A stretch of 64,000 nt of DNA from an uncultured delta proteobacterium (GCA_963847445.1 CAWJZV010000006.1:128001-192000); one strand, 5' to 3'; numbered from the stretch's first letter, positions 43,378 through 54,471 are shown. Numbers and translations: made by a program. Notes: generated by a model not told the origin, from the letters alone.

Positions 43378-45174
43378 CTAGGGCTGGGTGACGCCCGCAA
43401 ACGTCACCAGGTCCGCCACTGTGAAATCTCCAGCTGCGGCAGATGGCAGAAATGGAGTGAACCCGCCTGTTACGTTCAGGTAAGACGTTGCATCTCGCTT
43501 CAACATGCGGACGAAAGTCTCCGCCACTATCCTGCCACCCACCGGGCCCAGTTCGTTTCCTCCGCCGATCACGGACGCTTCGCGTAAGATGTAGTACCAC
43601 AACGGCGTTTTCTGCAGCAGGATGCCACCGTTAGAATTCAGCAGACTCACCTCCGTCGCTGGGAGCCCCTGGGTCAGTTGCGCTGTTGTCATCGGCGTGA
43701 TCCCGAAGGAATTCGCCATGCCCTTGCCGCTGGGTAGACCTAGCGCCAAGCCACGCCTGAGGTTCCGCGTTGCGAGCACCGCCATCATTCCGGTAAATCC
43801 TGGCAGCGACTCTAACCCCGCCGCCATGAAGCTGTCGATGGTGCGGGCCTTATTGTGAACTGGGACTGGCACACCGGTATCGAATAGGGCGTTGAAGTCC
43901 ACCACCCAATTTGAAAAAACCGGAAGCCGCGGATTGCGGACGAATTCGAACACCTGTCCCAGTGTTGCCGCCGGAAAGTTGAAATTTACAAAGTATGTGT
44001 CCCGGATCATGCTATGGCCGAAGCGGTAGGCGGCCACAGCAAACTCAACGGGCATGCGAAAGGGACTGCCTTGCGGCGCCACTACCGTTGAAAGAGCGTT
44101 GGTCACCGTCGCTGCGCCACAAATTCGCTTGAGGAAATCGTTCACCACGGCCCACTGATAGTGATGTGTCACGATCTTTTTAGCCTCGGCGAAGATATCA
44201 CCGGCGAACGAAGCCGCTAGTAGCAGTTCCACGACTTTGTTATGAAACCTCAACATGGCGTGGTGGAATTGCGCGATGATCAGGTTTTCGTCATTGCGCG
44301 GATCTCCGATCACGGCTGTGTTCGTCCCCCCAATGCGTGGCACGTCGAATTGGGATTGCGTTACCATTCCGCCAGGAGTCCCGTTGTTGCTCGGTCCGCC
44401 CGGCCCGGTATTTGTGTTCGTCCCGAGCTGGAACTTCACTGCGGTCGTCGGACCCGTGGAAGGGAATGCATAGAGAAACGGATCGAGCGCCGGTCCCCTC
44501 CCATACACGGAATCGAGATCAAGTGTCGGAGTACGCATATTGTGGATCGTGTTCGCATCCGTGGCGCTATCAAGCGACGACGAGACATCCAGGGTAATGT
44601 CATGGTCCACGAATTGGCCGAAATATGTGTAACCCGCCGGGATGGACGACACGCCCTGATCCGCCGAATTATGCGATCCCGGATTCGGATCGCGGCCCGG
44701 ATCGCCCATCAACCCACCCAGTTGGCCCAATAACGACTGATTCACTGCGTTGAAGGCCAACTTGGTCGCGCTCCTAACCGCAGCGCTCGACATGTAGCCA
44801 AACCTCTCGGCGCACGGCGAGGCGAGCCACGGAAACGGAAACCACGTCAGCGATATCTTACTGCCATGCAATCTCCGCTGCTCCGGCTTCATCGCTCGCA
44901 GACTACTTTTGATTTCTTCCGGCATTTTCGCCACAGACTGTCCGGCGTCCGGCTTGATGCGATTCACCGTTTCCACAAGTCGCTCCACTGGAACGCTGGG
45001 TCTCAGATTCAGCTCCGCAAGCCGCTCCCGTAGCTGACGGACGGAAACCGGAGCTGGATTTGCAAACCTTCTCGGAGCCGCCGTTTCTTTGAGCAGCGCC
45101 AACAACCTTGCAGGAATCGCAGGGGTCTCTTTCGGGGAACTACTCTCCTTGGTCCGCGTTTTTTTTGTGGCCAT
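43378..45174 (-). CDS. Heme peroxidase (peroxidase-cyclooxygenase / animal-type superfamily)
   Basis: YTYFGQFVDHDIT (distal His), LDLDSVYG, GDPRNDEN, AAYRFGHSM (proximal His), GLPSG, PLWYYIL.E, LGPVGGRIVAE; AAGGAG SD. Confidence 0.92.
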   Translation of the reverse strand: MATKKTRTKESSSPKETPAIPARLLALLKETAAPRRFANPAPVSVRQLRERLAELNLRPSVPVERLVETVNRIKPDAGQSVAKMPEEIKSSLRAMKPEQRRLHGSKISLTWFPFPWLASPCAERFGYMSSAAVRSATKLAFNAVNQSLLGQLGGLMGDPGRDPNPGSHNSADQGVSSIPAGYTYFGQFVDHDITLDVSSSLDSATDANTIHNMRTPTLDLDSVYGRGPALDPFLYAFPSTGPTTAVKFQLGTNTNTGPGGPSNNGTPGGMVTQSQFDVPRIGGTNTAVIGDPRNDENLIIAQFHHAMLRFHNKVVELLLAASFAGDIFAEAKKIVTHHYQWAVVNDFLKRICGAATVTNALSTVVAPQGSPFRMPVEFAVAAYRFGHSMIRDTYFVNFNFPAATLGQVFEFVRNPRLPVFSNWVVDFNALFDTGVPVPVHNKARTIDSFMAAGLESLPGFTGMMAVLATRNLRRGLALGLPSGKGMANSFGITPMTTAQLTQGLPATEVSLLNSNGGILLQKTPLWYYILREASVIGGGNELGPVGGRIVAETFVRMLKRDATSYLNVTGGFTPFLPSAAAGDFTVADLVTFAGVTQP

Positions 45175-45930
45175 AGGATCTCCTTGTTTTGTTATGGTCG
45201 AGGTTAAGCTCGAAGCGACAACATAATTGTAATTGAGTTAGGCTTTGACGAATTAACAGAAGTAGTGAAGCGCTCGAAGCGCGACCTTAAGCTGTTCCCG
45301 AGCTACGCCAACAGCGTTAGACGGGGTTCGTTTAGAGTTGGCATTGATCAATTCTCTACTTTAGTTTGATGGGAATGCTTATAACAAGCCCGCATGATTT
45401 TTCAGCTGAGACTTTACGCCCCGGTGTTCACTAGTCCGACATGTCGCAACTATTGATAGACTGTTTTCAATAAATAACACCGCATCCGTGGTCCTTTCTC
45501 AAGTCACTCCGGATAAAATGTTACCTCAGTACTGCGTTAGCGCAAGTATAGTGCCATTGAATTTCAATCGTATCTTTGCGGAAAACACAAAAGTACCCAA
45601 CTCGATTTGCCTGTGACGTTTAGCGCTCGTCTACTAAGTTTACAAACCTTCTACGCGTCGTTTACAAAACTGTCGCCAAAGTTTACGCGTCGTTGCGCTC
45701 TACCGCTCGCGTCTCAATAAAGTAGTCAAAACTTGGGGCATTTAAAGTCTACCATCGGAATTCTCGGCGCGGCGCCCGACGCACTGGGTAACCGTTGATT
45801 TTGTGCGCGAAGCTTTTGCACCGCTGATCAAGCGCGTCGGCGGGGTCAAGTCCCGCCTATGTAACCTTCTTGATTCGGCGGCCGTCGATCGATCTCGACT
45901 GAAATAATCATTTGTGATAGGGGGTTGAAA

Positions 45931-46260
45931 ATGCGAGTAGAGAGGCGAATTGTTTTCTTTGCGGCCTTATCCATGCTGCCGATTGCTTTCGGCTGCCAAA
46001 CCATGCGCGGCGAAACCGCGGTGGCAATACCCGCGGTGGAAACGGAAACGCCGCAAGATCAGGCGTTGTCAAAGTCCGTACGGGCACGCCTGCTTGCGGA
46101 TAAGAAAGTGAATCTATCCGGCATCAAGGTGGTATCCAACAACGGGACAGTTTATCTGAGCGGAGTCGTGAGTTCTCTAGATGCACGCCAGCAAGCGATC
46201 AAGCTCGCCTGGGAAACGCGCGGTGTGCAGAGCGTCGTCAACAGTCTTGAAGTTCAATAA
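45931..46260 (+). CDS. BON-domain lipoprotein (OsmY-like)
   Basis: Lipobox AFGC; D..L...VRARL, GTVYLSGVV, GVQSVVNSL. Confidence 0.88.
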   Translation: MRVERRIVFFAALSMLPIAFGCQTMRGETAVAIPAVETETPQDQALSKSVRARLLADKKVNLSGIKVVSNNGTVYLSGVVSSLDARQQAIKLAWETRGVQSVVNSLEVQ

Positions 46261-46450
46261 ATTCCTGAAGCGAAAGTCGCGAGTCTGATTGCTCGTAAGA
46301 AAGCCGGGACAGGCTCTTTCAATCTAGACAAATCTGGGTCGGATTCTTTAACCGTTCCAACTCTCCGAATAAACTACTCGCTTGTATCATCCGGGCTCAT
46401 GGTCACAGTCTGTTCTACGCCCTTGGGGATTTTCCAGATGGTTTCATTTT

Positions 46451-46465
46451 GCGTCGCCCGGACGC
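46451..46465 (-). promoter_or_regulatory. Candidate bacterial SECIS hairpin for selO
   Basis: Minus strand GCGTC-CGGGC-GACGC; 19 nt between the in-frame TGA and the loop; followed by A's, so not an intrinsic terminator. Confidence 0.55.
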
Positions 46466-46470
46466 GTCAC

Positions 46471-47955
46471 TCAGGTGCCTCAGAAGGTTTGGTAGCGCTC
46501 TCGCCCTTCCGGTGCAGGTTCGGCATAGGCGGCAGACTCGAGCTGGTCGTCGAAAGGGCGCGATAGGATTTTCAGCAGCGTTTCGAAGGGCGCGTAATCG
46601 GCGCGTTGCACTGCGGCGCTCAACGCCTCCTCGACGCGATGATTGCGCGCGATGAACTTAGGATTGGCCCGCCGCATGGCTTGCGCGCGCTCCACGGGTG
46701 CCAGCGACTCGGGCTCAAGCCGCGCCCGCCACTGTCCACTCCAGAGATCATAGGCCGACGGATCGGCAAACAGCGCGCGAATCTTTTCTTCCTCGCCTAG
46801 GGCCGCGTCGGCGAGGTAGCGGAACGCCAACGTGTAGTCGACCTTGTTGCTCTCTAGGACGGTAAGAAATCCATTGACAAGATTGAGATCGGCCTCGTCT
46901 TCACTGACCAGTCCGAGCTTGGCGCCCATGCCTTGAAGCCAGTGGCGTTTATATAAATCTGGAAAGCCATTGACCACCTCGCTGGCTTGCGCGATGGCGC
47001 GTTTACTGTCGGCATCGATCAGCGGTAGCAGCGTCTCCGCCAGCCGCGCCAGGTTCCACTGCGCGATGCTTGGTTGATTGGCGTAGGCATAGCGACCGCG
47101 GGTGTCGATGGAGCTGAAGACCGTCGCCGGATCATAATGATCCATGAAGGCGCATGGCCCATAGTCGATGGTCTCACCGGAGATCGCCATGTTGTCGGTG
47201 TTCATCACGCCATGGATGAAGCCGACATGCATCCAGCTCGCGATCAGCGCGGCTTGCCTGTCGCTGACGCTCGCAAGCAACTCAAGGTACGGATTCGCTT
47301 GGTCCTTTAATTCCGGATAATGGCGCGCGATCACGTAATCAGCCAGGCGACGCACTTTGTCCTGCTCACCGCGGGCGGCGAACAACTGGAAAGTGCCGAC
47401 ACGGATGTGGCTCGCAGCGACGCGCGTCAATACCGCGCCTGGCAACGCGGTTTCGCGATATATGGGCTCGCCTGTGATTACCGCGGCAAGCGCACGGGTG
47501 GTCGGAATACTTAGCGCGTGCATGGCTTCGCCGAGCAAATATTCACGCAAAACGGGACCGAGTGCGGCGCGGCCGTCGCCATTGCGCGAAAAGGGAGTGG
47601 GACCCGACCCTTTGAGCTGAATGTCGCGGCGCCGGCCCTGGCGGTCGATGACTTCTCCTAGAAGCAGCGCCCGGCCGTCACCAAGTTGCGGCGAGAAGCC
47701 GCCGAACTGGTGGCCGGCGTAGGCCTGAGCCAGGGGCAGCGCGCCCTCGGGTGTCTCATTGCCGGCAAAAATCCGCGCGCCTGCCTCGGAATCGAGAGCA
47801 TCGGCATCCAGCCCCAATTCCTCGGCCAACTCATAGTTGAGCTTTACCAACTCAGGCCGCGCTACCTGCGCCGCTTTCCACGGCACGTAGAAGCCCTCAA
47901 GTTCGCGCGCATAGGTATTGTCGAAGGTGAATGGTCCGGCGGCGACGTGCATCAT
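46471..47955 (-). CDS. selO: Protein adenylyltransferase SelO (YdiU), predicted selenocysteine at TGA 46480-46482 (ends YQTF-U-GT-stop)
   Basis: YAGHQFG, QLGDGRA, QLKGSG.TPFSR.GDGRA, GFIHGVMNTDN, IDYGPC, RNH; TTC TGA GGC ACC TGA matches the usual ...TFCGT C-terminus. Confidence 0.93.
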
Positions 47956-48278
47956 AAGTGTGACTCTCTCGGTCAGAGGGAATAGTGAATCCCCCGGCCA
48001 TCTTGCTTCTCGATACCGTTAAAAACGCGGAGCTAGCCAGGAGACTGCGCCAGCGTTCTCCAAGCAAATCTTCTCAATCGGGTTCTACCACGAAGATTTT
48101 GCGCTTAATAGGCTCGAGCGCGCAGCGCTAGAACCAGTCTGAAATAGCAGCCGCCGCGGGCAAGATTTCGCGGGGGTATCCGTGGCTGGGTCTGGCGATC
48201 ACAGATTATGGTAATGCAAGACCTGTCTCGATCATCGGCGCGCTCTAGTTTATTTTTTAATGCAACGGTGCCTTTCTA

Positions 48279-49064
48279 TCAACCCTTCGGCGGGGTTGCC
48301 ACTAACGCGCTGCGAATCTCTTTGAGTTTTGCCTTTACTGAGGCAGCATTTTCGCCGCCCATGCGCACGAGGATTTTCTGCCCCGCCGACAGTTTCTCCA
48401 GATTCGCATCGGCGAACTGGTAAAGTACGCTGGTCTGGGTAAGCAGCACGGGATCTTTCACTTCGGGTGCCGCCAGCAGATGGTCGATCACTTGGACCAC
48501 TCGGTCGTTGAAGTACTTGCCCGGATATCCGAGCTTCTCGTACTGTTCCTGGAACAGCGGGTAAAACCTTGCGTATATCGACACCAGCGGCGCAACCGGC
48601 ACCGATTTCGCGACGCCCACATAAGGCTGGTAGCGCGCCGCGTTCTTCGGGCTGAGGCGCAGCTCCTCGCCCTTGCCCGTCGTGATTAGCCAGCCAGGCA
48701 AGGATTTCATCGGCAGTATCTGCGCTGGCAAGTGTTCCAGGGGCAAATTGTCGACGGTGGCGACGACGCGGTGAATGATCCCCTGCAGATTGAAAAACTT
48801 TTGCAGATCCCGACCGAACAGTTTCGCCAGCGCGTCTTGCATCGCCTTGTCGCTATCGGCCAGCGCCGGCAACGGTTCGTCAGACCCCTGCGCTTGACCG
48901 GTCGCCTCGATCGGATAGCGGATCGCCGGTTCCTCTGGCGCAGAAACCGTTGGCGGTTGCGCCATCTGCGGTGCCGGTGTCTCGCTCGCGCGCCAAAGGT
49001 ACAGGGCAACGGCGCCGCCGACTACAACCGCCAACAGAATCAACCACTGGAAGGTTTTATTCAT
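48279..49064 (-). CDS. DUF3014-domain membrane-anchored protein
   Basis: N-terminal TM; LPALADSD, RYQPYV, YPLFQEQY..LGYP, FNDR, LSAGQKILVRMG. Confidence 0.85.
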   Translation of the reverse strand: MNKTFQWLILLAVVVGGAVALYLWRASETPAPQMAQPPTVSAPEEPAIRYPIEATGQAQGSDEPLPALADSDKAMQDALAKLFGRDLQKFFNLQGIIHRVVATVDNLPLEHLPAQILPMKSLPGWLITTGKGEELRLSPKNAARYQPYVGVAKSVPVAPLVSIYARFYPLFQEQYEKLGYPGKYFNDRVVQVIDHLLAAPEVKDPVLLTQTSVLYQFADANLEKLSAGQKILVRMGGENAASVKAKLKEIRSALVATPPKG

Positions 49065-49487
49065 AAGTCGAATTTCCCCCTAGGGACACTGCCGGCCGTA
49101 GGACATGATCGCAGCCGATTTGCCACGGCCCCGGACTCGCGGAAAAGCTCCGCCCTGTTCTAGTCGGACAAAATGATTTCCCAAGCGCGAGTTTGGAGAC
49201 CTTCATCGCTTCCGTTTTCAAGCTGTTGCGCTAACGCAGATCGGATCCTAGGATTTTCCCGCCGAGCACGATTTCGGTACGTGTTACTGACAGAGAACTC
49301 ATCCGCTGCATCACTGTCGGTCATGTTGCGGAAAGCATCATCAAAGCGGCTGGATGTGGGGCATCCTACTTCGGCAGTTCTTTCGGTCAAGTGGGTTTCG
49401 GATAAGGGTTCATAATTCTCTGCAGGCGAATCTCGAAGTGAGGGAGGGAATAATCCGCAAGGGGTTCCATGAAACTGCCGGCGCCGG

Positions 49488-51073
49488 TTATTGCAACCTC
49501 CGAACAGCCGCTTCGGCACAGCGCTCGCCGTCCATCGCCGCCGACACGATGCCCCCGGCGTAACCTGCTCCTTCGCCGCAAGGAAATAAATTTATCAGCT
49601 GCGGGTTTTGCAAGGTGACATTGTCGCGCGGAATGCGCACCGGCGAAGAAGTTCGGCTCTCCACGCCGATGATCTGGGCGTCATTGGTTAGGTATCCCGC
49701 CATTTTATGGCCGAAGCTCTTAAACCCCTGACGGAGCGCGTCGGCGACAAAGCCGGGAAGGAAGGCGCGCATATCGGCCGCAATTAGTCCGGGGTGGTAC
49801 GAGGTCTCGAGCACACTCGACGACATTCTGTTTTCTATGAAATCGCTCAGGCGCTGGGCCGGAGCGGCTTGGGTCTTGCCGGCCACCGCCCAGGCTTTTT
49901 GTTCTACTTCCGCCTGAAACTGCATGGCGGCTAGAGGACCATAGTGGTGCAGATGTTGGTAATCATGCTCATCCACCGCCACGACAATGCCCGAGTTGGC
50001 AAAGCGGGCATTTCTTTGCGAAGGGCTCATGCCATTGACGACCAGCTCGCCCGGCGAAGTGGCCGCCGGCACGATAAAGCCGCCGGGGCACATGCAGAAG
50101 GAAAACACGCCCTTGTCCTTGCCATTGATCTTCGCCTGATGCACCAGGGCATAGGCGGCGGCGGGTAAATATACACCTCGGTCTGCCTGGCAATGGTACT
50201 GAATGCTATCGATGAGGCTCTGTCGATGCTCCACCCGCACACCTAGGGCAAAAGGCTTGGCTTCGATCAGAATCTTCTTATCGTACAGTAAGTGAAAAAT
50301 ATCGCGGGCGGAGTGGCCGGTGGCTAAAATCGTCGCCCGGCCTTCGATGACATCGCCATGCTGCGTGCGCACGCCTTTCATCTCACTTCCATCGAGCAAG
50401 AAATCAGTCACGCGGGTTTGAAAATGAACCTCTCCACCTGCCTGTTTGATACTCTCGCGCAGTTCGGCAACGAGTTTAGGTAGCTTATTAGTGCCGATAT
50501 GCGGATGGGCATCGAAGAGGATTTCATCCTTGGCGCCATGAGCTACCAGTATCTCCAGGATGCGCTGCACGTCGCCACGCTTCTTGGAGCGCGTGTATAA
50601 TTTGCCGTCGGAATAAGTGCCCGCCCCACCTTCGCCGAAGCAATAGTTCGAGTCGGGATTGACGATATGTTCTTTGTTGATAGCGGCGAGATCGTAGCGG
50701 CGCGCATGCACATCTTTGCCGCGCTCCAGCACGATCGGTTTATAGCCCAATTCAATCAATCGGAGCGCGGCGAACAAACCGGCCGGGCCTGAACCGATGA
50801 TGACGACCGGATCTTTGCTATGGACCGAGGGTAGTCCTTGGTGCGTCGCGGCGGGATGTTGGCGCGCTCGACGATGTCGTATTGCACGCGCACGACTATG
50901 TTCCGGCCGCGCGCGTCCACCGAGCGCTTGAGCGGCACCACCGCCAAACTGCCATCGCGAGGGATGGACAGCTTCTTATACAAAACCGCAACAAACAAGG
51001 CCTCGTCAAAGGCCTCTTGCGGCGTCAGGACCAGTTCTTTTATGTTCATATCCGGCAGGTTTTTATCCTGCAA
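49488..51073 (-). CDS. NAD(P)/FAD-dependent oxidoreductase (COG2509 type), frameshift near 50828
   Basis: SVDAR N-domain, IIGSGPAG, FGEGGAGTYSDGKL, HIGT, FCMCPGG, ESRTSSP, GEGAGYAGGIVSAA. Confidence 0.9.
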
Positions 51074-51271
51074 TTTTTGTCATTACGCACCTGCTATTCC
51101 ACATAGACTATAACACGCGTCATGAAAAATATCGGAACGCTTATGCATTCGGTGTAGGAGTGTCAAGTTTATCAAACGAATGCGGCCAGTAATTGAACTG
51201 AACAATCGAGTCGATCCGGCAGTGCTTCGTTGGACTTGCAGAGCGACCCCGTCCAGCAGTAGATTCCCGCC

Positions 51272-52108
51272 ATGGCTACGAACATTGAATATGAAGTCGC
51301 AGAGCGCGATGTCGAGTATCAACGCCAGGCAGGCAAGCCTTGGCTCGCGCGCGTCTATCAACCCAAAGGATCCGGGCCGTTTCCGACCATCGTCGACGTG
51401 CACGGCGGTGCCTGGCACAACGGCGACCGGACTAACAACGCCGGCGTCGACCGGGCGCTGGCGGCCAAGGGTATCGTGGTGGCGGCGATCGATTTCCGCC
51501 AGCCGCCGGAGGCGGGTTATCCGGCGTCGATCTGCGACGTGAATTTAGCCATTCGCTGGCTCAAGACGCATGCGGCGGAGTTCAACGGCACGACCACTGT
51601 CGGCGCCTTCGGCAATTCCAGCGGCGGCCATCAAGTGGTGCTCAGTGCGCTGCGGCCGCGGCACGCGGCTTATTCTACGCTGCCGCTGCCGAACCATCCT
51701 GAGATCGACGCCAGCCTCGCCTATGTGATCGCGGCCTGGCCGGTGATCTGCCCGCTGTACCGGTTTCGTTTCGCCAAGGAGTTCAACCGTGAAGAACATA
51801 TCACGGCGCATATTGAATACTGGCGGACGGAAGAAGCGATGGCCGAAGGCAGTCCGCAATCGATCATTGAAAATGAAAAGCAGGTCGAACTACCGCCGAT
51901 TTTGTACTTGCTGAAGGCGAACGACAAAAATCATCCGCTGGAAATGCAGGAGCGTTTCATCGCGTCGTATCGCAAATGCGGCGGCGCCATCGAGGTGCAT
52001 ACTTTCGACGGCCTGCCGGAGCACCGCATGGTGCCGTCGCCTGTTGAGCCGGAAACCATGCGCTTCATCGACATCGTCAGCGCATTCATTGGGCAGCAAA
52101 GCAAATAG
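51272..52108 (+). CDS. Alpha/beta hydrolase (HSL/BD-FAE-type)
   Basis: HGGAW, GNSSGG, D and H candidates near the C-terminus. Confidence 0.88.
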   Translation: MATNIEYEVAERDVEYQRQAGKPWLARVYQPKGSGPFPTIVDVHGGAWHNGDRTNNAGVDRALAAKGIVVAAIDFRQPPEAGYPASICDVNLAIRWLKTHAAEFNGTTTVGAFGNSSGGHQVVLSALRPRHAAYSTLPLPNHPEIDASLAYVIAAWPVICPLYRFRFAKEFNREEHITAHIEYWRTEEAMAEGSPQSIIENEKQVELPPILYLLKANDKNHPLEMQERFIASYRKCGGAIEVHTFDGLPEHRMVPSPVEPETMRFIDIVSAFIGQQSK

Positions 52109-52415
52109 GAACTGCGGCCGGCCTCTTGATTCATCGTTCGGCTAGTGGCGACACTCTTCCTCAGAGCGGATTTCTAAACCATCGGTAACGCGCCGTCATG
52201 CGGCAACAGAGTGTAGATCTCGGAACGGTGCCTTCACGAGAAAGAGATTTTGCTTTTAAGAAAATTTGTCGACTACAGGGCAACGTAGATAAAGTTCTGA
52301 GTTCGCAAGGGGGCGAGTAATCAACTCATACCCTGTTCGACGCTAAACCTTCCAACAAAAACTTGTATTCTGTGAGCGCCGACCTGATCATGGCGCCGGC
52401 GGAAAGTGACACAGC

Positions 52416-53474
52416 CTACGGTGCTGAAGGCAAGGCGTCCGCGCCGGAGAGCTTGTTAAACAATTCGACAACTTCACGGTCCCGGGGCAAGTCACGAATT
52501 GCCTTCTCGAGTTCCTCCGGCGGCAACGGCGTGGGCTCCTCGCCGACAAGCTTTTTAAATTCTGCGTAGAATTCAGGATCAGCAAAAGTCTTGCGCATCG
52601 CTTCTCGCAGGATCTGGACCTTATCGGGGGGTGTTCCCGGAGGAAGGATGAACGGAGTTCCCGCACTGACAAAGGCCCTTTGCATGGCAAGAAGTTTTCG
52701 GTCCTTCTCCGATTTCGTAAACCGTTCGATATCGGGCAGCCGGGCGAAGACGGGATGAGGGTGTCTTCGCCCCTTCGGAACCTCGTTGACGACATGAAAA
52801 TCCATCAGTTTCTTGTCGATCCAGTCGGGCGCTTCTCGTACCAGAGTGGCCTGAATGGTCCACCGAGCATCGAGCTCGCCTTGCATCAAGGCGAGATTGA
52901 CTTCGTGACCTTGGGCGAATCCGGTAACGAACTTTGGCTCTTTCATGCCGACCAGGTACGCGAGGATGCGGCCGATGTTGTAAAGATTATGCCCGACAGA
53001 CTGGGCGCCGATGCGCACGCCTGAGGCGCTACGGAGCTTCTCCATGCTATCCAGGCGCGCCTCCTTACGGCTCAAAAAAATGTAGGGTTCGCCGCTGGTA
53101 GGTGAGCCAAGATAGTTTAGTTTATTGATGTCATAGAGAACCCCGGTGGAGTCGAGCACAGCCGCCGGTACAAAGCTTGAGAGCATAACGCCCATGGTCA
53201 GCCCGTCCGGTCGCGCCCGATAGATGTAGTTGCCGGCCTTTCGCGATCCACCGCCCGGCATGTACTCGATGATGAAGGTCGGTCTTCCCGGTATGTGTTT
53301 CCGCAGAACAGAAGCGGTCGCTCTGAAGCGCAAATCAACCGTGCCTCCGGGTCCGCCCCCGTAGACAACATTGATGGTCTTGCCTTGATAGAAGTGAGAC
53401 TGAGAGATTCCGTGTCCGGGGAGCCCGATGCTCAACGGCATGGCCAAGAAAATCATCACAGCCAGTTTTTTCAC
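52416..53474 (-). CDS. Bug/TctC substrate-binding protein
   Basis: FYQGKTI, KHIPG.P, MPGGG, PDGLT, QGELD, PPGTP; AGGAGG SD before GTG. Confidence 0.88.
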   Translation of the reverse strand: MKKLAVMIFLAMPLSIGLPGHGISQSHFYQGKTINVVYGGGPGGTVDLRFRATASVLRKHIPGRPTFIIEYMPGGGSRKAGNYIYRARPDGLTMGVMLSSFVPAAVLDSTGVLYDINKLNYLGSPTSGEPYIFLSRKEARLDSMEKLRSASGVRIGAQSVGHNLYNIGRILAYLVGMKEPKFVTGFAQGHEVNLALMQGELDARWTIQATLVREAPDWIDKKLMDFHVVNEVPKGRRHPHPVFARLPDIERFTKSEKDRKLLAMQRAFVSAGTPFILPPGTPPDKVQILREAMRKTFADPEFYAEFKKLVGEEPTPLPPEELEKAIRDLPRDREVVELFNKLSGADALPSAP

Positions 53475-53769
53475 GGCAACCTCCTGGGCGATTTCACGGA
53501 GGATCAGATTGACACAGTGCCTCGTTAGCACACACTGTTCCCTCAGACAATGGCGATGACCAGGCGCGAGTCGTGCACGCGACCCGGTCGCGGAGACGCA
53601 CGCGCAACCTCGACGACAGCGGCTTTATCCACCGGACCTTCACTGCGCTAGGAAAAGATTTGTTCTTGATCAGATTGATATGCCAGACCGGTTAGCCCAT
53701 TCGATCACGGCACAGGATCACCGACACGGCGGTAAACGGTTTGATTGTCGGAAACGATTTATGCGCTCG

Positions 53770-54162
53770 TTAATCGATTAGCGCCTTACCGCCGGCCTTG
53801 ATTTCTTGACCTTCGGGACCGAAACGAGAATTGGCATAGGTTTCCGCCCGGCTGCCCAAGAAAACATAGCCGGTGTGGCTTGGCGCTTCCTGTTGGTAAT
53901 ACTGCCCCTTGGGGATGACGACCATCACGCCCGGGGTAATGGATTGCCTCGTCCCGTCCGGGAAATTTATCATGCATTCCCCTTGGAGACCGTAAAAGGC
54001 TTGATCTGCCGTATGTCTATGCATCGGCCCCTTGTCGCCGGGTACACTATGGTGAATCCAGACATGATAGTTGTCGGAATTGAAAAGGAGCCTCTCATGC
54101 TTGCCAGCTCCCGCTCCTTTCAACGCCGGGTGCTGGTTAACATCGATACGCTTAGCGGGCAT
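53770..54162 (-). CDS. Cupin-domain protein
   Basis: PGDKGPMHRH..DQ.FYGLQGE and PG....IPKG cupin motifs; GGAGG SD. Confidence 0.8.
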   Translation of the reverse strand: MPAKRIDVNQHPALKGAGAGKHERLLFNSDNYHVWIHHSVPGDKGPMHRHTADQAFYGLQGECMINFPDGTRQSITPGVMVVIPKGQYYQQEAPSHTGYVFLGSRAETYANSRFGPEGQEIKAGGKALID

Positions 54163-54471
54163 AAACACCTCCACTATTTTTATTCTAAATAATTTTCTTG
54201 GTAGGCGATGACACGGCGCGGTTGGTCGGCCTGTCGCTGTTTCCTCTCACTAGAAAACAGTCTTTTTGCTTCGTCAATGTTGTGCTCTGTGCCTCACCGA
54301 TACTCTAAACTAGAATGTCGTGTCAACCAGGCAACCATTCGAATTGGCCTTGACACCGATCAGGCTTCGATATAGTCGACGAATGGCGGGAGGAGAGAGT
54401 GGTTGAATGAGTCGCGCAGAGGGTTGAACCGTCACTACGTCAGAGGATCAAGGCAGCGAAAGGAGATTGCT

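Noticed and set aside
43335-45345. attC-like ends (GGCTAAC at 43335, GTTAGGC near 45237, GCCAAC...GTTGGC near 45307-45342) around the peroxidase gene
   Set aside because: The ends do not pair into a properly sized attC with L boxes; no integrase or cassette array
48060-48200. Possible decayed amidohydrolase C-terminus (KRKIF-like) on the minus strand
   Set aside because: Too short and degenerate to support without an alignment
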